Below are positions 1-10,291 of a stretch of 54,697 nucleotides of DNA, piece after piece. This DNA comes from a virus. Lineage: Duplodnaviria; Caudoviricetes. The translations under genes were made by a program, and so were the position numbers. Under the pieces are notes generated by a model that ran no database searches, was not told the origin of the DNA, and saw only the letters and a list, made by a program, of their open reading frames with translations. The first letter of the stretch is position 1. The number at the start of each line of letters is the position of its first letter. The stretch is taken from IMG/VR virus record IMGVR_UViG_3300049926_000074, positions 1-54,697 of that record; one strand, 5' to 3'.

Positions 1-94
1 CCCACGCCGTGGCCGTCAGGCCAATGACTTCAGCACCAACGCGGAGAGCAGCGCCCAGCGCGCCCCGCGCACCTACTAGCCCTTGGAGGGCCGC

Positions 95-733
95 ATGAAC
101 AGCACTACGAAGACCGCGAGCACGCAGACGCTCACCGAGCAGTACGCGGCAGCGCGGAGTAAGAGCATCGTCAGTCAGGCGATCTGGACGCAGCGGATCG
201 TGGTCGGCGCGGTCGCGTTGATCGTCGTCGCGGTGATGGTGGCCAACTACTCGCACCAGAGCGAGTACCTCGCGCACCACGTGGACATGCTGACCGCCTA
301 CATCGTGCCGGCCGCCCTGGACCTGCTCACCGCGATGTGTGCAGTCATTCTGGCCCTGCCGGTCATGAGCAAGACGAGCAAGTGGTTCGCGCTCGGCGGT
401 CTGGTGTTCACCGTCGCCGGGTCGGGCACGCTCTCGTACCTTGCTCCCGGTGACCTGGTCGGTAAGTGTGTCGCTGGTGCCCTGGTCCTGCTGATCGCGG
501 TGGCCGAGTTCGTAGCCAACCACACTCACGTCGACTTCCGACTGCTGGCCGCCGCCGAGACCGAGTACGCACCGCCCGCCACCAAGGCGCGCAAGCCCAA
601 GACGGTCGCCCAGAAGGCCGCCATCGTCGCCAAGGCGAGCGCGACCCGGCAGTTGAACGCGGCGAAGGCCGCCGCTCCGGTCAGCCCGGGAGAGGTGCCG
701 ATCTCCGAGTTGAACGCGGACATGGCTGCGTGA
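95..733 (+). CDS. Multi-pass membrane protein (DUF2637-like) with Ala/Lys-rich tail
   Basis: GGAGG at 85-89 then ATG at 95; about four hydrophobic segments. Confidence 0.7.
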   Translation: MNSTTKTASTQTLTEQYAAARSKSIVSQAIWTQRIVVGAVALIVVAVMVANYSHQSEYLAHHVDMLTAYIVPAALDLLTAMCAVILALPVMSKTSKWFALGGLVFTVAGSGTLSYLAPGDLVGKCVAGALVLLIAVAEFVANHTHVDFRLLAAAETEYAPPATKARKPKTVAQKAAIVAKASATRQLNAAKAAAPVSPGEVPISELNADMAA

Positions 734-839
734 ACGCACAGAGCCTTCGGGCTTCCGTCCCGGCGCTCCGATGTGGAGCGCCGGGAGCGGTGGCCAAACG
801 GCCAGCACACAAGTCCCAGCAACCGGAAGGCACCGCGCG

Positions 840-1049
840 ATGGCGAACGTGAACGACGACGAGTACGAGACCCTGAACCTCGCCGACGAGAGCGAGTGGA
901 TGGATGAGGAAGACGGCGACAAAGAACGGGACGACCATCCCGCCGTGGCCGAGCCGATCGGGATGGCCGGGCTGGACAACGAGACGGCCGATGTGGTGAA
1001 CAAGGCACTGGCCGCTGGATATGTCGACCCAGTGGACTACGACGACTGA
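840..1049 (+). CDS. Small highly acidic protein (69 aa)
   Basis: GGAAGG RBS then ATG at 840; MANVNDDEYETLNLADESEWMDEEDGD. Confidence 0.7.
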   Translation: MANVNDDEYETLNLADESEWMDEEDGDKERDDHPAVAEPIGMAGLDNETADVVNKALAAGYVDPVDYDD

Positions 1050-1057
1050 CGCCAGAA

Positions 1058-1096
1058 GAGCCCCGCACCCACCCGAGAGGGCAGGTGCGGGGCTTC
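1058..1096. terminator. Hairpin between convergent transcription units
   Basis: GCCCCGCACC (1060-1069) / GGTGCGGGGC (1084-1093). Confidence 0.7.
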
Positions 1097-1149
1097 GTCA
1101 TGTCTGGACTATGAATCTCGCGGCCAGATGTAAAGCTTCCGGCCTTTTC

Positions 1150-1858
1150 CTATAAAAGCTGGTTGCCGCTCACCACGGACTCGTCCTCGCAGTACACCCA
1201 GTCGCCGTAGTACCCGCCGGAGATCACGTTGTTGATGATGACGTTGCCGGCGCCGCCGGTCGGGCAGCGCAGCGTGTACCCGCCGCCGATCAGCCGGTTG
1301 CCGTCGATCGTCAGACCGTCGAATGTGGACGAGGCGATGATGGCTGAGGTGGAGTTCGGCGTCTTGTTCTCGATCCAGTTGTGCCTGATCGTGATTGGGC
1401 TGCCGGCGCCGACGTAGACCTGAATCCCGTCCGTGTGGCCGAGCGGGTTCGACCGCTCGTACAGGTCGTGAACGTACGAATCTTCGATGTCGTTGCGGCC
1501 GTCCAGCGAGAACCCGTTCTCACAGCCGTGCACGTTCAGGCGCAGCGCCGCGAAGTTACCGCTCGCGCCCGTGCCCGGGGTGTTGAGACAGTCCAGCTCG
1601 CTGTCCTGGATCACCACCCCGGTACGCACCGGAGGCGTCGTCACAGCGGGCGACGTCGTATTCGGAGTCGTTGGCGGCGTCGTGACAGCGGGCGTCGTCC
1701 TACTTGGTGTCGGTGTCGCGCCGAGTAGCACCAGGATGGCCGTCTGGTCAGTGACGCATGCCTGGGCCCGGGTCCGTTGCGATGAGGGTGGCCGCCACGA
1801 AGACCACGACGACTGTAGCCAGCACCAGACCGACTATTGGGCGCTCTCTGCGGTGCAC
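1150..1858 (-). CDS. Pectin-lyase-like right-handed beta-helix protein; its signal peptide lies in a different frame (1748..1858)
   Basis: Thr/Pro linker, IEDSYVHDL, HTDGIQ, ITIRHNWI, LTIDGNRL; GAGGAG+GTG at 1858 opens MHRRERPIVGLVLATVVVVFVAATLIAT, one base out of frame with the rest. Confidence 0.6.
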
Positions 1859-1915
1859 GCGGCACTCCTCGTCGCCGCAGGGATCATGGCCGTCCTCGTA
1901 TGCTCCGCGCATGCG

Positions 1916-2140
1916 CTACTCCTTCACGAGCGAGGGTGAACTGGAGTCGGCGACCTTCGACGACAGCAGCGACGACAGAACAGACAGCACGGCGGCGCCG
2001 AGCGCGATGCCACCGGCCGCGCCCCAGTTGGCGTGCCAGGCGTCGAAAACCTGGTCCGCGCCGAAGTACAGGACCACCGCTTGCGCCACACTCTTGGTCG
2101 CGCGTTCGGCGGCGGCCTTCCAGAACTTGACGGTGAACAT
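1916..2140 (-). CDS. Holin (r1t-like)
   Basis: MFTVKFWKAAAERATKSVAQ...LSVLSSL...SPSL pattern; downstream of endolysin. Confidence 0.85.
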   Translation of the reverse strand: MFTVKFWKAAAERATKSVAQAVVLYFGADQVFDAWHANWGAAGGIALGAAVLSVLSSLLSSKVADSSSPSLVKE

Positions 2141-2167
2141 GTCGCCCCTTCGTCGTAGGTTGGTCGG

Positions 2168-2383
2168 ATGGATTGGGCCCCACCGGACACGTGCCTGCTC
2201 GGCCACAAGCTGATCCCGGGCGTCAACGTCAAGGTCAGCTGGACGCCGTGCGACTGCCCGAAGGCGACCGGTCGGCCGAAGGGCCACCTCTACCAGGCGT
2301 GCACCGAGCACTGGCTGGAGTGGCGGGAGAACAACTGCGACAACCTGGTCGACGGGAAGCGGATCAAGGGGAGCGAGGGCTAG
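2168..2383 (+). CDS. Small Cys/His-rich protein, antisense to the lysis cassette
   Basis: CLLGH, PCDC, GHLYQAC; TAGGTT ends 6 nt before the ATG (leaderless-type). Confidence 0.65.
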   Translation: MDWAPPDTCLLGHKLIPGVNVKVSWTPCDCPKATGRPKGHLYQACTEHWLEWRENNCDNLVDGKRIKGSEG

Positions 2384-2655
2384 CTCTGACGCTGGACCTT
2401 GATGAGCAGCCACAGCCGCTGAACCACCACAGCGTCCAGTGCCCCAAAGCCGAGGGCGAACAGCCACAGCGGTACCCGCCACCCAAGCCCGAGCCCGAGC
2501 AGCGAACCCAACTCGATCACCGTCACGACCATGAACGCCATCAGGTGGCGGCCCATCTCGGTCGCCCGCCACGGTGAACCCATCGCGTACAGCACGACGA
2601 ACGCGAAGCTCGTTAAGAAGGCCAGGGCCAACTCGACCTGAATCAACCCGGTCAC
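2380..2655 (-). CDS. Putative second holin-like membrane protein (3 TM)
   Basis: PWRATEMGRHLMAF motif, three hydrophobic segments, lysis cassette. Confidence 0.7.
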   Translation of the reverse strand: MTGLIQVELALAFLTSFAFVVLYAMGSPWRATEMGRHLMAFMVVTVIELGSLLGLGLGWRVPLWLFALGFGALDAVVVQRLWLLIKVQRQS

Positions 2656-2846
2656 GCGTGCCGCCCGTGGCCGAAGGCCTTCACGACCCGGGCCGCGAAC
2701 TCGTCCGCAGGCAACTCCGCCACCCGGTCCGCCATCCGCTCATACATCGGGGTGAGTTTCTGCGCGGCCGCCAGCTTCGCCTTCGAGTCGGCGGCCGCCG
2801 CCTTCGCCGTGCCGTTGGTCTTGTGTCGCATCCAGGGCCACCTCAT
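2652..2846 (-). CDS. Lysis-cassette hypothetical protein
   Basis: 4-nt overlaps with both neighbours. Confidence 0.65.
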   Translation of the reverse strand: MRWPWMRHKTNGTAKAAAADSKAKLAAAQKLTPMYERMADRVAELPADEFAARVVKAFGHGRHA

Positions 2847-3085
2847 ACCGGGTCCTTTGCCCGAACCGGCTCGGGTTCACGCGCCCGCCCGAGCAAGATT
2901 CCAATCTGCCCCTCACGCACGTCGGCCCGCGCCTCAGCGGCCACCGCTGCGGCCCGCCAGTCGTCGGCCCGGCGACGTTCCGCCGCGACCGCATCCGCGT
3001 GCAGGCGGTAGACCAGCCAGGCGATCGCGCCGGCTATGCCCGCGCCGCCGCCGGAGGCCAGCCATGGGGCGAGGCTGTCCCACAC
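2843..3085 (-). CDS. Lysis-cassette membrane protein (1 TM plus coiled coil)
   Basis: Hydrophobic N-terminus; directly after endolysin. Confidence 0.7.
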   Translation of the reverse strand: MWDSLAPWLASGGGAGIAGAIAWLVYRLHADAVAAERRRADDWRAAAVAAEARADVREGQIGILLGRAREPEPVRAKDPV

Positions 3086-3092
3086 CTAGGTC

Positions 3093-3980
3093 CTAGTCCT
3101 TCAGCCTTGCGGCGAGCTTGTCGGCCACCGCCGTGGCGATCGCATCAGCGAAACCGGCGTTGGCCAGAACCTGGCTCGCCAGCTCGCCCAGGTCGACGTT
3201 GATGGCCGGCTTGTCGAGCTTCTCCTCGATCCGGTTCAGGGCTTCCGTCAGCGGCACCGGGAACTCCTGAATCCCGCCCTTCCCATCGGTGACCGCATCG
3301 GTGTCGAGCTTCACCTTCGGATACAGGTTGAAGACGGCGTCGAGTTTGGCGTTCTGATTGAAGTCCATGTCGTCCTCCTGGGTAGTGGTGGAGCCGGCGC
3401 CGAGCAGCGCCCGAAGCTGAGCCGCTGTGCCCCGGTAGGCGTTGAAGTCGACGCGCTGGCCGCCGAACGCCTGCTTGTCGCTGTACTGCCAGATGACCGG
3501 CGTGACGCCGCCGTACGCCACCCAGCCCGGGCCGGAGTCGGTGTACCCGGCGGACGGGTAGCTCGAGGAGACGAGACTCAGGCCGGCCGCAGCGAGCGGG
3601 CGTAGGTCAGGGCTGCCGCTGTTCTGCCACACCCAACGGGGCGCGTACTCCAGCACGACCCGGCCGCCGAGCTTCCGGTACGGCGCGACGAACGCGAGGG
3701 TGTGGCCGACGTTGATGACGCCCTGCTCGTCGTCGATCATCAGCGCCACGTTGGGGCCGACCACCGCGTAGGCGTTGCGAGCCTGCGCTGCGGCGTCGGT
3801 GGTGTCCAGCCAGTGGTAGGCGGCGAACGGGATACCGAGCGCCGCCGCCTGGGCCTTGAAGCCTGCATAGGCCGGATCCCGATAGCTATTGCCCTGGGTG
3901 GCCTTGGCGATAACCGCCGGGGCGCCCTTGAGACTGAGGCCCGACTGGTAGTGGCTGACGTCGGGGAACTGGATTGTCAC
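3093..3980 (-). CDS. Endolysin, GH25 muramidase
   Basis: DVSHYQ, KATQG, AYHW, DDE, WQYSD, VDFN motifs; AGGAGG+GTG at 3980. Confidence 0.9.
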   Translation of the reverse strand: MTIQFPDVSHYQSGLSLKGAPAVIAKATQGNSYRDPAYAGFKAQAAALGIPFAAYHWLDTTDAAAQARNAYAVVGPNVALMIDDEQGVINVGHTLAFVAPYRKLGGRVVLEYAPRWVWQNSGSPDLRPLAAAGLSLVSSSYPSAGYTDSGPGWVAYGGVTPVIWQYSDKQAFGGQRVDFNAYRGTAAQLRALLGAGSTTTQEDDMDFNQNAKLDAVFNLYPKVKLDTDAVTDGKGGIQEFPVPLTEALNRIEEKLDKPAINVDLGELASQVLANAGFADAIATAVADKLAARLKD

Positions 3981-3988
3981 CGTGCCTC

Positions 3989-4492
3989 CTATGCCAGCCG
4001 GATGAGTTCGAGGAACGCCCCGGCGCGGACGATGGTGTTGGACGCGTTGAGCGTGTTCTGCGCCCACTGGACCTGCAGCGTCCCGGCCGTGCTGCTCACA
4101 ATGACCAGACCCCAGGCATCGAGTGCCTGGTTCGCGGCCGTGCCGCCGAGGCCGGAGACCCCACCGTTCGTAGCCACCCCATACGTGAACGCCGGCACGG
4201 TGGTGATGCCCTCGAACGACCAGAGCGGCAGCGTCGTGCCGGACGGAAACGTGAAGCCATATTTGAACCCGGGTGTGGCGTTGCTCTGGTACGGCAGGTG
4301 CAGTCTGGCCGAGTAGACGGCGTTCGCTGTGACGGAGACGAACAGCTCGTCGTCGTTCTGCAGCGTCGAGCTGGAAGAGATGGTCTCGTCTACGGTCTTG
4401 CGGGCGATGACCGGTCGGACTTCGGTGATCAGCGCCGACAGGACGGAGCCTCGAAGCTTGGCGCCGGCCGAGGGAACGGTGGTGAATGCCAT
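3989..4492 (-). CDS. Minor tail protein
   Basis: End of tail module; beta-rich; GTLQVQWAQ. Confidence 0.7.
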   Translation of the reverse strand: MAFTTVPSAGAKLRGSVLSALITEVRPVIARKTVDETISSSSTLQNDDELFVSVTANAVYSARLHLPYQSNATPGFKYGFTFPSGTTLPLWSFEGITTVPAFTYGVATNGGVSGLGGTAANQALDAWGLVIVSSTAGTLQVQWAQNTLNASNTIVRAGAFLELIRLA

Positions 4493-4500
4493 CGGCTACC

Positions 4501-6642
4501 TCACAGCGCCAGGATGTAGGGATAGGCCAGCGCGATGGTCGCGCCAGCGGTGTGCGCTTTCACCACGCCATTCACGGACCGGGTCACGGTCCAGGTCTGT
4601 GGAGCCGACGCGCCAGAGCATGCGGTCACCGTCACCAGTTCTCCCTCGATGAGGATCTGGCGCGGGAAGTCATCGGTCGCCGTGGTGTCCACAGGGGACG
4701 CGTCGATGGCCCAGGACGTCGCGGTCGTGTTGACCGTGGTGTGCAACGTGCACGTGTCCCAGTCCAGCCAGCCCAGCAACGGATCGGTGTCGCCGGACGT
4801 CGCCGCGAGCACGCCGACTGTGTGCGGCCCGTTGAGGCTGCAGTTCGCCGAGATGTCCCACCCGAACGGCTCCAGGGTCTCGCTGTAGCCCTCGACGATG
4901 ACGGAGACGGTGTCCGGGCCGATGTCCGTGGGCGGGTTCGCGACGGTCATCCGGAACGCTAGGTCCGCCGCGCACACCGCCGTGATCAGGCTCGGGCCGG
5001 CAGCCAGGTTCAGCGTCAGGGTCGGATACCGGTAGCCGGGGAAGGTGCCGAGGTGCAGCCGGTAGCCGGCGAGGTGGTAGGTCTGGTCGTCGGTGGCCAG
5101 GTTGTAGGTGACTGACTCGTCGCGGCGGCCGATGTTCGGGATGGACAGCTCGACGGCCGCGCTCTCCTCGGTCTGCCGCGAACTGCTCCCGCCGTCGCGC
5201 TTCACCTCGACGTCGTTGCGGGCGGCCTGATCGTCGTCGGTTGGCTCCAGCGGCGGGGCGACGTGGCCGGCCGTCGTGTAGTTCAGCGCCAGTTCGGCGG
5301 TGAGGTTCTCCCGCTCCGTGTGACCCTGCAGGACGAGGCCGAAGTCCAGGCCCTCGTAGAGGTAGCCCTGATCGGCTCCCTCGCATTCGCGCACGAGGTC
5401 CAGATAGGACTTCGTGGTCTGCGTGCCCATAGCCTGCGACTCGCTCGCGCCGCAGGTGGCCGGGATGCCCTCCTCGTCGGACAGGCGCAGGAACCGGGTA
5501 TGTGCCTGCTCGCCGAGGTAACCGTTCGTGGCCAGGTAGGTCGTCGCCGATACCCGGAACGGAGCCCAGAACGCGAGCTGCGTGAAGCACGGCACGTTCG
5601 CTGGTGTGGCCGTCGGCGACGACATGGGGCTGTTCACGACGATCCGGTCCGGCATCATCAGCGTGCCAACGAAACCGTCGTCGAAGATGCTGACGCCGTC
5701 GACGTAGAGCGTGAGGCGCAGCCCCGTACCAACCTGGTGACCGACGACCCGAAGGTGATAGGCCCGGCCAGCCTCGATCGCGCCCAGCCCGGACAGCGAC
5801 GAGAAGGCCCCGCTGCCGTCCGACGCGCAGATGAAGTCGGCCCAACCCACCACGCCGGCAAGGTTGGTGATGCCCACGCCCATCAGCGCCCCGGCGCCCG
5901 ACGACGCAGCGAAGGCGATGCCCTGGCATGTGCTGACCGTGACGGTGGGAATCACGTCCCAGCCGACGACGCACTCGAACTCCCAGCCGTTCGGCGCGGC
6001 CGCGATGGGCTGACCGGTGAACGCGGTGAACGTTCCACCGCCAGACAGATCAACAGCCCCGTCGGAGCCGGTCGCAATCGAGCCATTGAACACGGCCCCG
6101 TCGGTGAGGGGCGAGGTCGGAGCACCGCCGGACAGCGCGGAGGCGCCCTGCGTGGCGTCGGGCCCGTCCTCCAGCGGCCAGTACTGCGTCGGCGCCGCCT
6201 TCGTGATGGTGCGACGGAGTGCGGAGCGAAGCGGCGAGCGGCCCTGGCCGAGGCGGTACAACAGGCCCTTGGCTGCCAAGGGCGCGTACCGGTCGAGGCC
6301 GGACACGTCCCAGCGCGGCGGCAGCTCGGAGAAGAAGCCCGTGTAGCGCACGTGACCCTCAGCCGAGATCCGGACGGGGGTTCCCTTGCGCAGTTGGCCG
6401 TACCAGGCGCCGGACGGGTTGCGCGTGGACCAGCGGCCGTCGCGGTTGTCCGCCGTCATTGCCAGCGTCGAAGTGTCCGCAGTGGACGCCTCATCGGCTC
6501 GCCCTCGCGAGATGGCGATCTTGTCTCGGGTGTAGATCTTCGAGGTGACGTCGGTGAACGACCAGGTTCCCGGGGCAGCGGTCAGGTCGGCGCCGAGGGC
6601 TACCTCGGCGAGGACCGTCAGCGGCGTCGAGGGGAAGGCCAT
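4501..6642 (-). CDS. Minor tail protein (with LamG-like segment)
   Basis: Directly after tape measure; ISRGRADE, DNRDGRWS, YWPLEDG. Confidence 0.8.
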   Translation of the reverse strand: MAFPSTPLTVLAEVALGADLTAAPGTWSFTDVTSKIYTRDKIAISRGRADEASTADTSTLAMTADNRDGRWSTRNPSGAWYGQLRKGTPVRISAEGHVRYTGFFSELPPRWDVSGLDRYAPLAAKGLLYRLGQGRSPLRSALRRTITKAAPTQYWPLEDGPDATQGASALSGGAPTSPLTDGAVFNGSIATGSDGAVDLSGGGTFTAFTGQPIAAAPNGWEFECVVGWDVIPTVTVSTCQGIAFAASSGAGALMGVGITNLAGVVGWADFICASDGSGAFSSLSGLGAIEAGRAYHLRVVGHQVGTGLRLTLYVDGVSIFDDGFVGTLMMPDRIVVNSPMSSPTATPANVPCFTQLAFWAPFRVSATTYLATNGYLGEQAHTRFLRLSDEEGIPATCGASESQAMGTQTTKSYLDLVRECEGADQGYLYEGLDFGLVLQGHTERENLTAELALNYTTAGHVAPPLEPTDDDQAARNDVEVKRDGGSSSRQTEESAAVELSIPNIGRRDESVTYNLATDDQTYHLAGYRLHLGTFPGYRYPTLTLNLAAGPSLITAVCAADLAFRMTVANPPTDIGPDTVSVIVEGYSETLEPFGWDISANCSLNGPHTVGVLAATSGDTDPLLGWLDWDTCTLHTTVNTTATSWAIDASPVDTTATDDFPRQILIEGELVTVTACSGASAPQTWTVTRSVNGVVKAHTAGATIALAYPYILAL

Positions 6643-9058
6643 CAGCTACCGAACGCGATCTGCACGTCGCCGCCGCCGTCGGTGCGGACCATCTTGCGGA
6701 TGATCCCCTTCAGGCTGTCGGGCACGTTGCGGAAGTCGAGAATGACGCGCGTCGTACCGCCGGACGTCCCGCCCGACACGCCGCCCAGCTTCGACAGCGG
6801 GACCACGGCCTCGTCCTCGCCGCCATCGCCGGCCACAACCAGGCGACCGCCAGGCGTTGCCTGGACGACGCCACCCTTGGCCAGGTAAGGGATATTCGGC
6901 GTATCGAGGGTGACGCTGGGGATGGAGATGCCGAGGACGTTGCCGCCACCGAGGGTGAGGTGGAAGTCGTTCCAGAGACGAATCATCCAGTTCACGGCGC
7001 TCTTGAAGCTGTAGACGATGCCGTCCCAGAGGCCAGCAGCACCGGCCGTGATGCGGTCGCGGATACCGAGCACCGCGTCTATAAGCCATTGGATCTTGTC
7101 GTGGATCCAGACCACGGCGATCTCGAACCCGATCTTGATTAGAATCCAGGCCGCGATCCAGAAGTCACGGAAGGCGGCGCTGTGAGTCCACAGTAGATAG
7201 ATTCCCCCGACCAACGCGACGATGGCCAGGATGATGATCCCGATCGGGTTAGCGATGAAGGCGGCATTCAGGCCCCACTGGGCCACCGTCGCCTGACCCG
7301 TTGCGACCATCGTCGCCCGCATCGCCCCGGCCAGGGCGAAGTTGCTGATCGTCTGGGCGATGAGCAGCGGTATCCGGATCGTCTCCACGACCACGGCGCC
7401 AGCGACGAGGGCCTTGTAGGCGATGAATCCGGCGATGATGACCGGCAGCCAGGACGCGAAGGCGTGCAGGTGATCCGCCGCGAATCCGATCACGACACCG
7501 AACACCGAGAGTGTGTCGGTCGCCGCACCGCCGGCCGAGAACAGGTCGAGCAGGGTGGGGCCGAGATTGGTCAGCACGGCCCACAACTTCGCACCAACTT
7601 CGCGCAGGGTGGCGAACACCGCCGCGAGCTTGCCCTGGCCGGCCGGCGAGGCGAGGAAGTCGCTCAGCGCCTGCGTACCGGCCACCACTCCCGGCAGCCA
7701 GTCCGGGCCGGCGCTTCCCGCCCGGAAGATCGAGGCGATCGACGAGCCGACGTTCTTGGTGATCTCCCAGAGTTGGCCCAGCACCGTCAACGAGTTGGCG
7801 ATCCAGGTCTGCGCCTTCCCGGACTCGCGGGCGTTCGTCGCCCACCGGTCGAAGGAGTTGGCGATCCGCTCCACCCACGACCCGATGCTGGGAAGGAAGC
7901 CCGAGCCCACCACGGCGAACTGACGGAAGCCCGAGAGGAACGGCGCGAACGAGTTGCCGATGCGCTGCCAGAACGTCGCGGTGTTGCCCAGCGTCGTGTT
8001 GATGTCCCGCACGAACCCGGCCGAGGCGGCCAGCTGCGCCGTACCACGGAAAGCGTTGTTCCAGCCCTTACCAATCGCCGGCAACTGCTCGCGCATCACC
8101 GGCAGATAGACCTGCGACAACTGCTTCACGTCGGCGGCCACCCCGGCGAACACCGCCTGCTGAACGGCCTGCTGAACCGAACGCCACGACGGGGCGATCG
8201 CGCGGAGGACGTCGACGAGTTGCTTGCCAGCCACGCTCAGCTTCGCGTACGCGGCAGCCGCCGCGTCGACTCCGCCCGCGCCCTGGCCCGCCGTCTTCAG
8301 GGCTGCCTGAGCATCGGCCAGATCCTGCAGCGCCTTCGCCTGACGCTGTAGTGCCGCCTGGACCTCGTCAGAGCCTTCGACGCCGACGGTCGTACGGTGC
8401 TGATCCTCCGCCGTGAGGTCGGCGGTGTGCGCCCGGATCTCGATGAGTGACTGGTTGGCCTCGTCGAGAGCTAGCTGGGCATGCTGGATGGCCGAACGGT
8501 CACCGGAAGCTCGCGCCGCACGGAGCGCCTTCTCGGCGTCCGCAACGGCCATGACGCCGCCGCGCTCGTCCAAGGCGGCCCGGTTGAGCAGGCGGCTCAA
8601 CTCGATCAGTCGGTCGGCCGCCGTCTGTCGCGCGGCGTTGAGGTCGATCTGGGCCTGGGTACTCGCCTGCTGGGCAGACTGCACCCTGCGTTCGGCCGCC
8701 ACGATGGCTTGGCCGTTATTCGAGGTCCCGCCAGAGGATTGCTTCATGGCGGCCGCGAGCCCGGACGTGGCTAGCATCAGCACACCCACGCCGCCGGCCG
8801 CCGCAAGCGCGAGCGACGGCAGGACCGCGAGCAGACCGGCCAGCGGGGCCACGGCGGCCACGGCCGCGACACCTTGCGCGGCCAGCGCGGCATAGCCGGC
8901 GACCACAGTCGCGGTGGCCGCGACGGAGACGATCGACGAGGCTTTGATGCGCGACGCCATGCTCGTCGACGAGTCGGCGACCGACTTCATATGCGGACTG
9001 GCGGTGTCGCGGCCCTTCAGGAAATTGAAGAGCTATGAAGCAATGAGGTATCACTCAT
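6642..9058 (-). CDS. Tape measure protein; open frame 6642..8990, natural start probably 9058 but frameshifted by an 8-bp duplication
   Basis: Ala-rich helical protein; [14 protein letters not shown] and LAKGGVV motifs; [16 protein letters not shown]-terminus split across frames. Confidence 0.85.
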
Positions 9059-9708
9059 CGCTCGACCACCTCCTCAGCGAGCATGGCTCGCACCTCGGTG
9101 GCGTACTCTTCGGCCACCCAGCGGACAAGGTCGATTACCCGCTGGCCGTTAGGTTGCGGCTTCGCCCAGAGCTCGAGGTTCTCCGGGCGGTTGTCGTCGC
9201 GGATTCCGTTGATGTGGTGGACGTTCTCGAAGGCATGCAGACGTCGACCGAGAATGCCTTCCATGACCAGGCGATGTTCGGCGATCGTCGTCCCGTCAGC
9301 CTGCTGGATCCGGACGTAGCCGTTGCGGTCCTTCGTGCCGGTGCCCATCGAGCGACGACCAGGCGCATCGAGGGGGATGCCGACTCGGATCCGCGCATAA
9401 TGCCGGCCGCAATAGCCAGCGGTGCGAACCGCCTTCGCGCAGCCCGTTGCCTTGCACAGAGTCGTTGTAATCTCGCCCCGGTATCGGGCCGCCTGGTAGC
9501 AAGACTTACACAGCCCCAGGGCCTGGATCCGTTCTGCGCAACCCTTCGAGGCGCACTCTGCGCCCGTCCCGTGCCGGACGTACCTACGGATCGGCGTATC
9601 CATGTCAACGCCGCGCTTCATTCGGTCGTAGTGGACGGTGCAGTAACCCTTCGCGATTTGGGTTCGTTCGCAGACTCCGTGGGTGCACTCAAGCGAGGTG
9701 ACGCTCAC
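9055..9708 (-). CDS. HNH endonuclease with three N-terminal Cys/His zinc-finger-like repeats
   Basis: [26 protein letters not shown]; Cx4C..GYC..HY repeats. Confidence 0.9.
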   Translation of the reverse strand: MSVTSLECTHGVCERTQIAKGYCTVHYDRMKRGVDMDTPIRRYVRHGTGAECASKGCAERIQALGLCKSCYQAARYRGEITTTLCKATGCAKAVRTAGYCGRHYARIRVGIPLDAPGRRSMGTGTKDRNGYVRIQQADGTTIAEHRLVMEGILGRRLHAFENVHHINGIRDDNRPENLELWAKPQPNGQRVIDLVRWVAEEYATEVRAMLAEEVVER

Positions 9709-9712
9709 ACCG

Positions 9713-10284
9713 TCACCCCCGCTTCGCTGCCTCGGCCTCTTTGTTCATGTGGTCGATTCGGTTCACGGCCTGCCGGAACTCCAGCAGCGTCAGCTCTTCC
9801 TGCTGTCGCGGTCCGATGTGGAACGCCTCAGCGATGGCTAGCCAATAGCGCTCACGGAGTCGTTGGAGGGGGCTTTTCCCCCGTCGTCCTCCGGTGCGGA
9901 AGCGATCTGCGCGTCGACCTGGGCGAGCATCAGTTCGCGCTGCATGTCGTCCATGCCGCCGACGTTCTCCAGCGTGGCCCGCAACTCGACCAACTCGGAC
10001 TTGGTGGCTTCGACCTTCAGCTCTCCGCGGCGAGGGTTCACGTCCTCGATGCGGAGCTTGCCGGGATGGTCGAGATCGAGCAGGTGCCACAGCAGCACGC
10101 GCCGGGCTGAGGCCTGCTCGCGCAAGACGGCCATGCGCCACTCCTCGAATGCGGCCTGCTTCTCGCCGATCGCCTTCGCGTAGCGACGCTCGATGAACTC
10201 GCAGCGGATCTCGAAGAGGTCATCCGGCTGGAAGTTCCAGGTGCGGGGTTCGGCTGAGCCCTTAGGTTTGTACGTAACGAGCAT
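9713..10284 (-). CDS. Tail assembly chaperone (short form 9838..10284; -1 frameshift extends to 9713)
   Basis: Upstream of tape measure; GGGGGAAAA slippery site at 9874-9882; -1 frame reads [23 protein letters not shown]. Confidence 0.85.
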
Positions 10285-10291
10285 TGGATGG

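Noticed and set aside
2132-2150. LexA box upstream of the antisense Cys/His gene
   Set aside because: Only a GAACAT half-site is present; it does not match the actinobacterial TCGAAC-N4-GTTCGA palindrome
9874-9882. Chaperone frameshift as a novelty
   Set aside because: Standard feature of long-tailed phages; listed as a feature only
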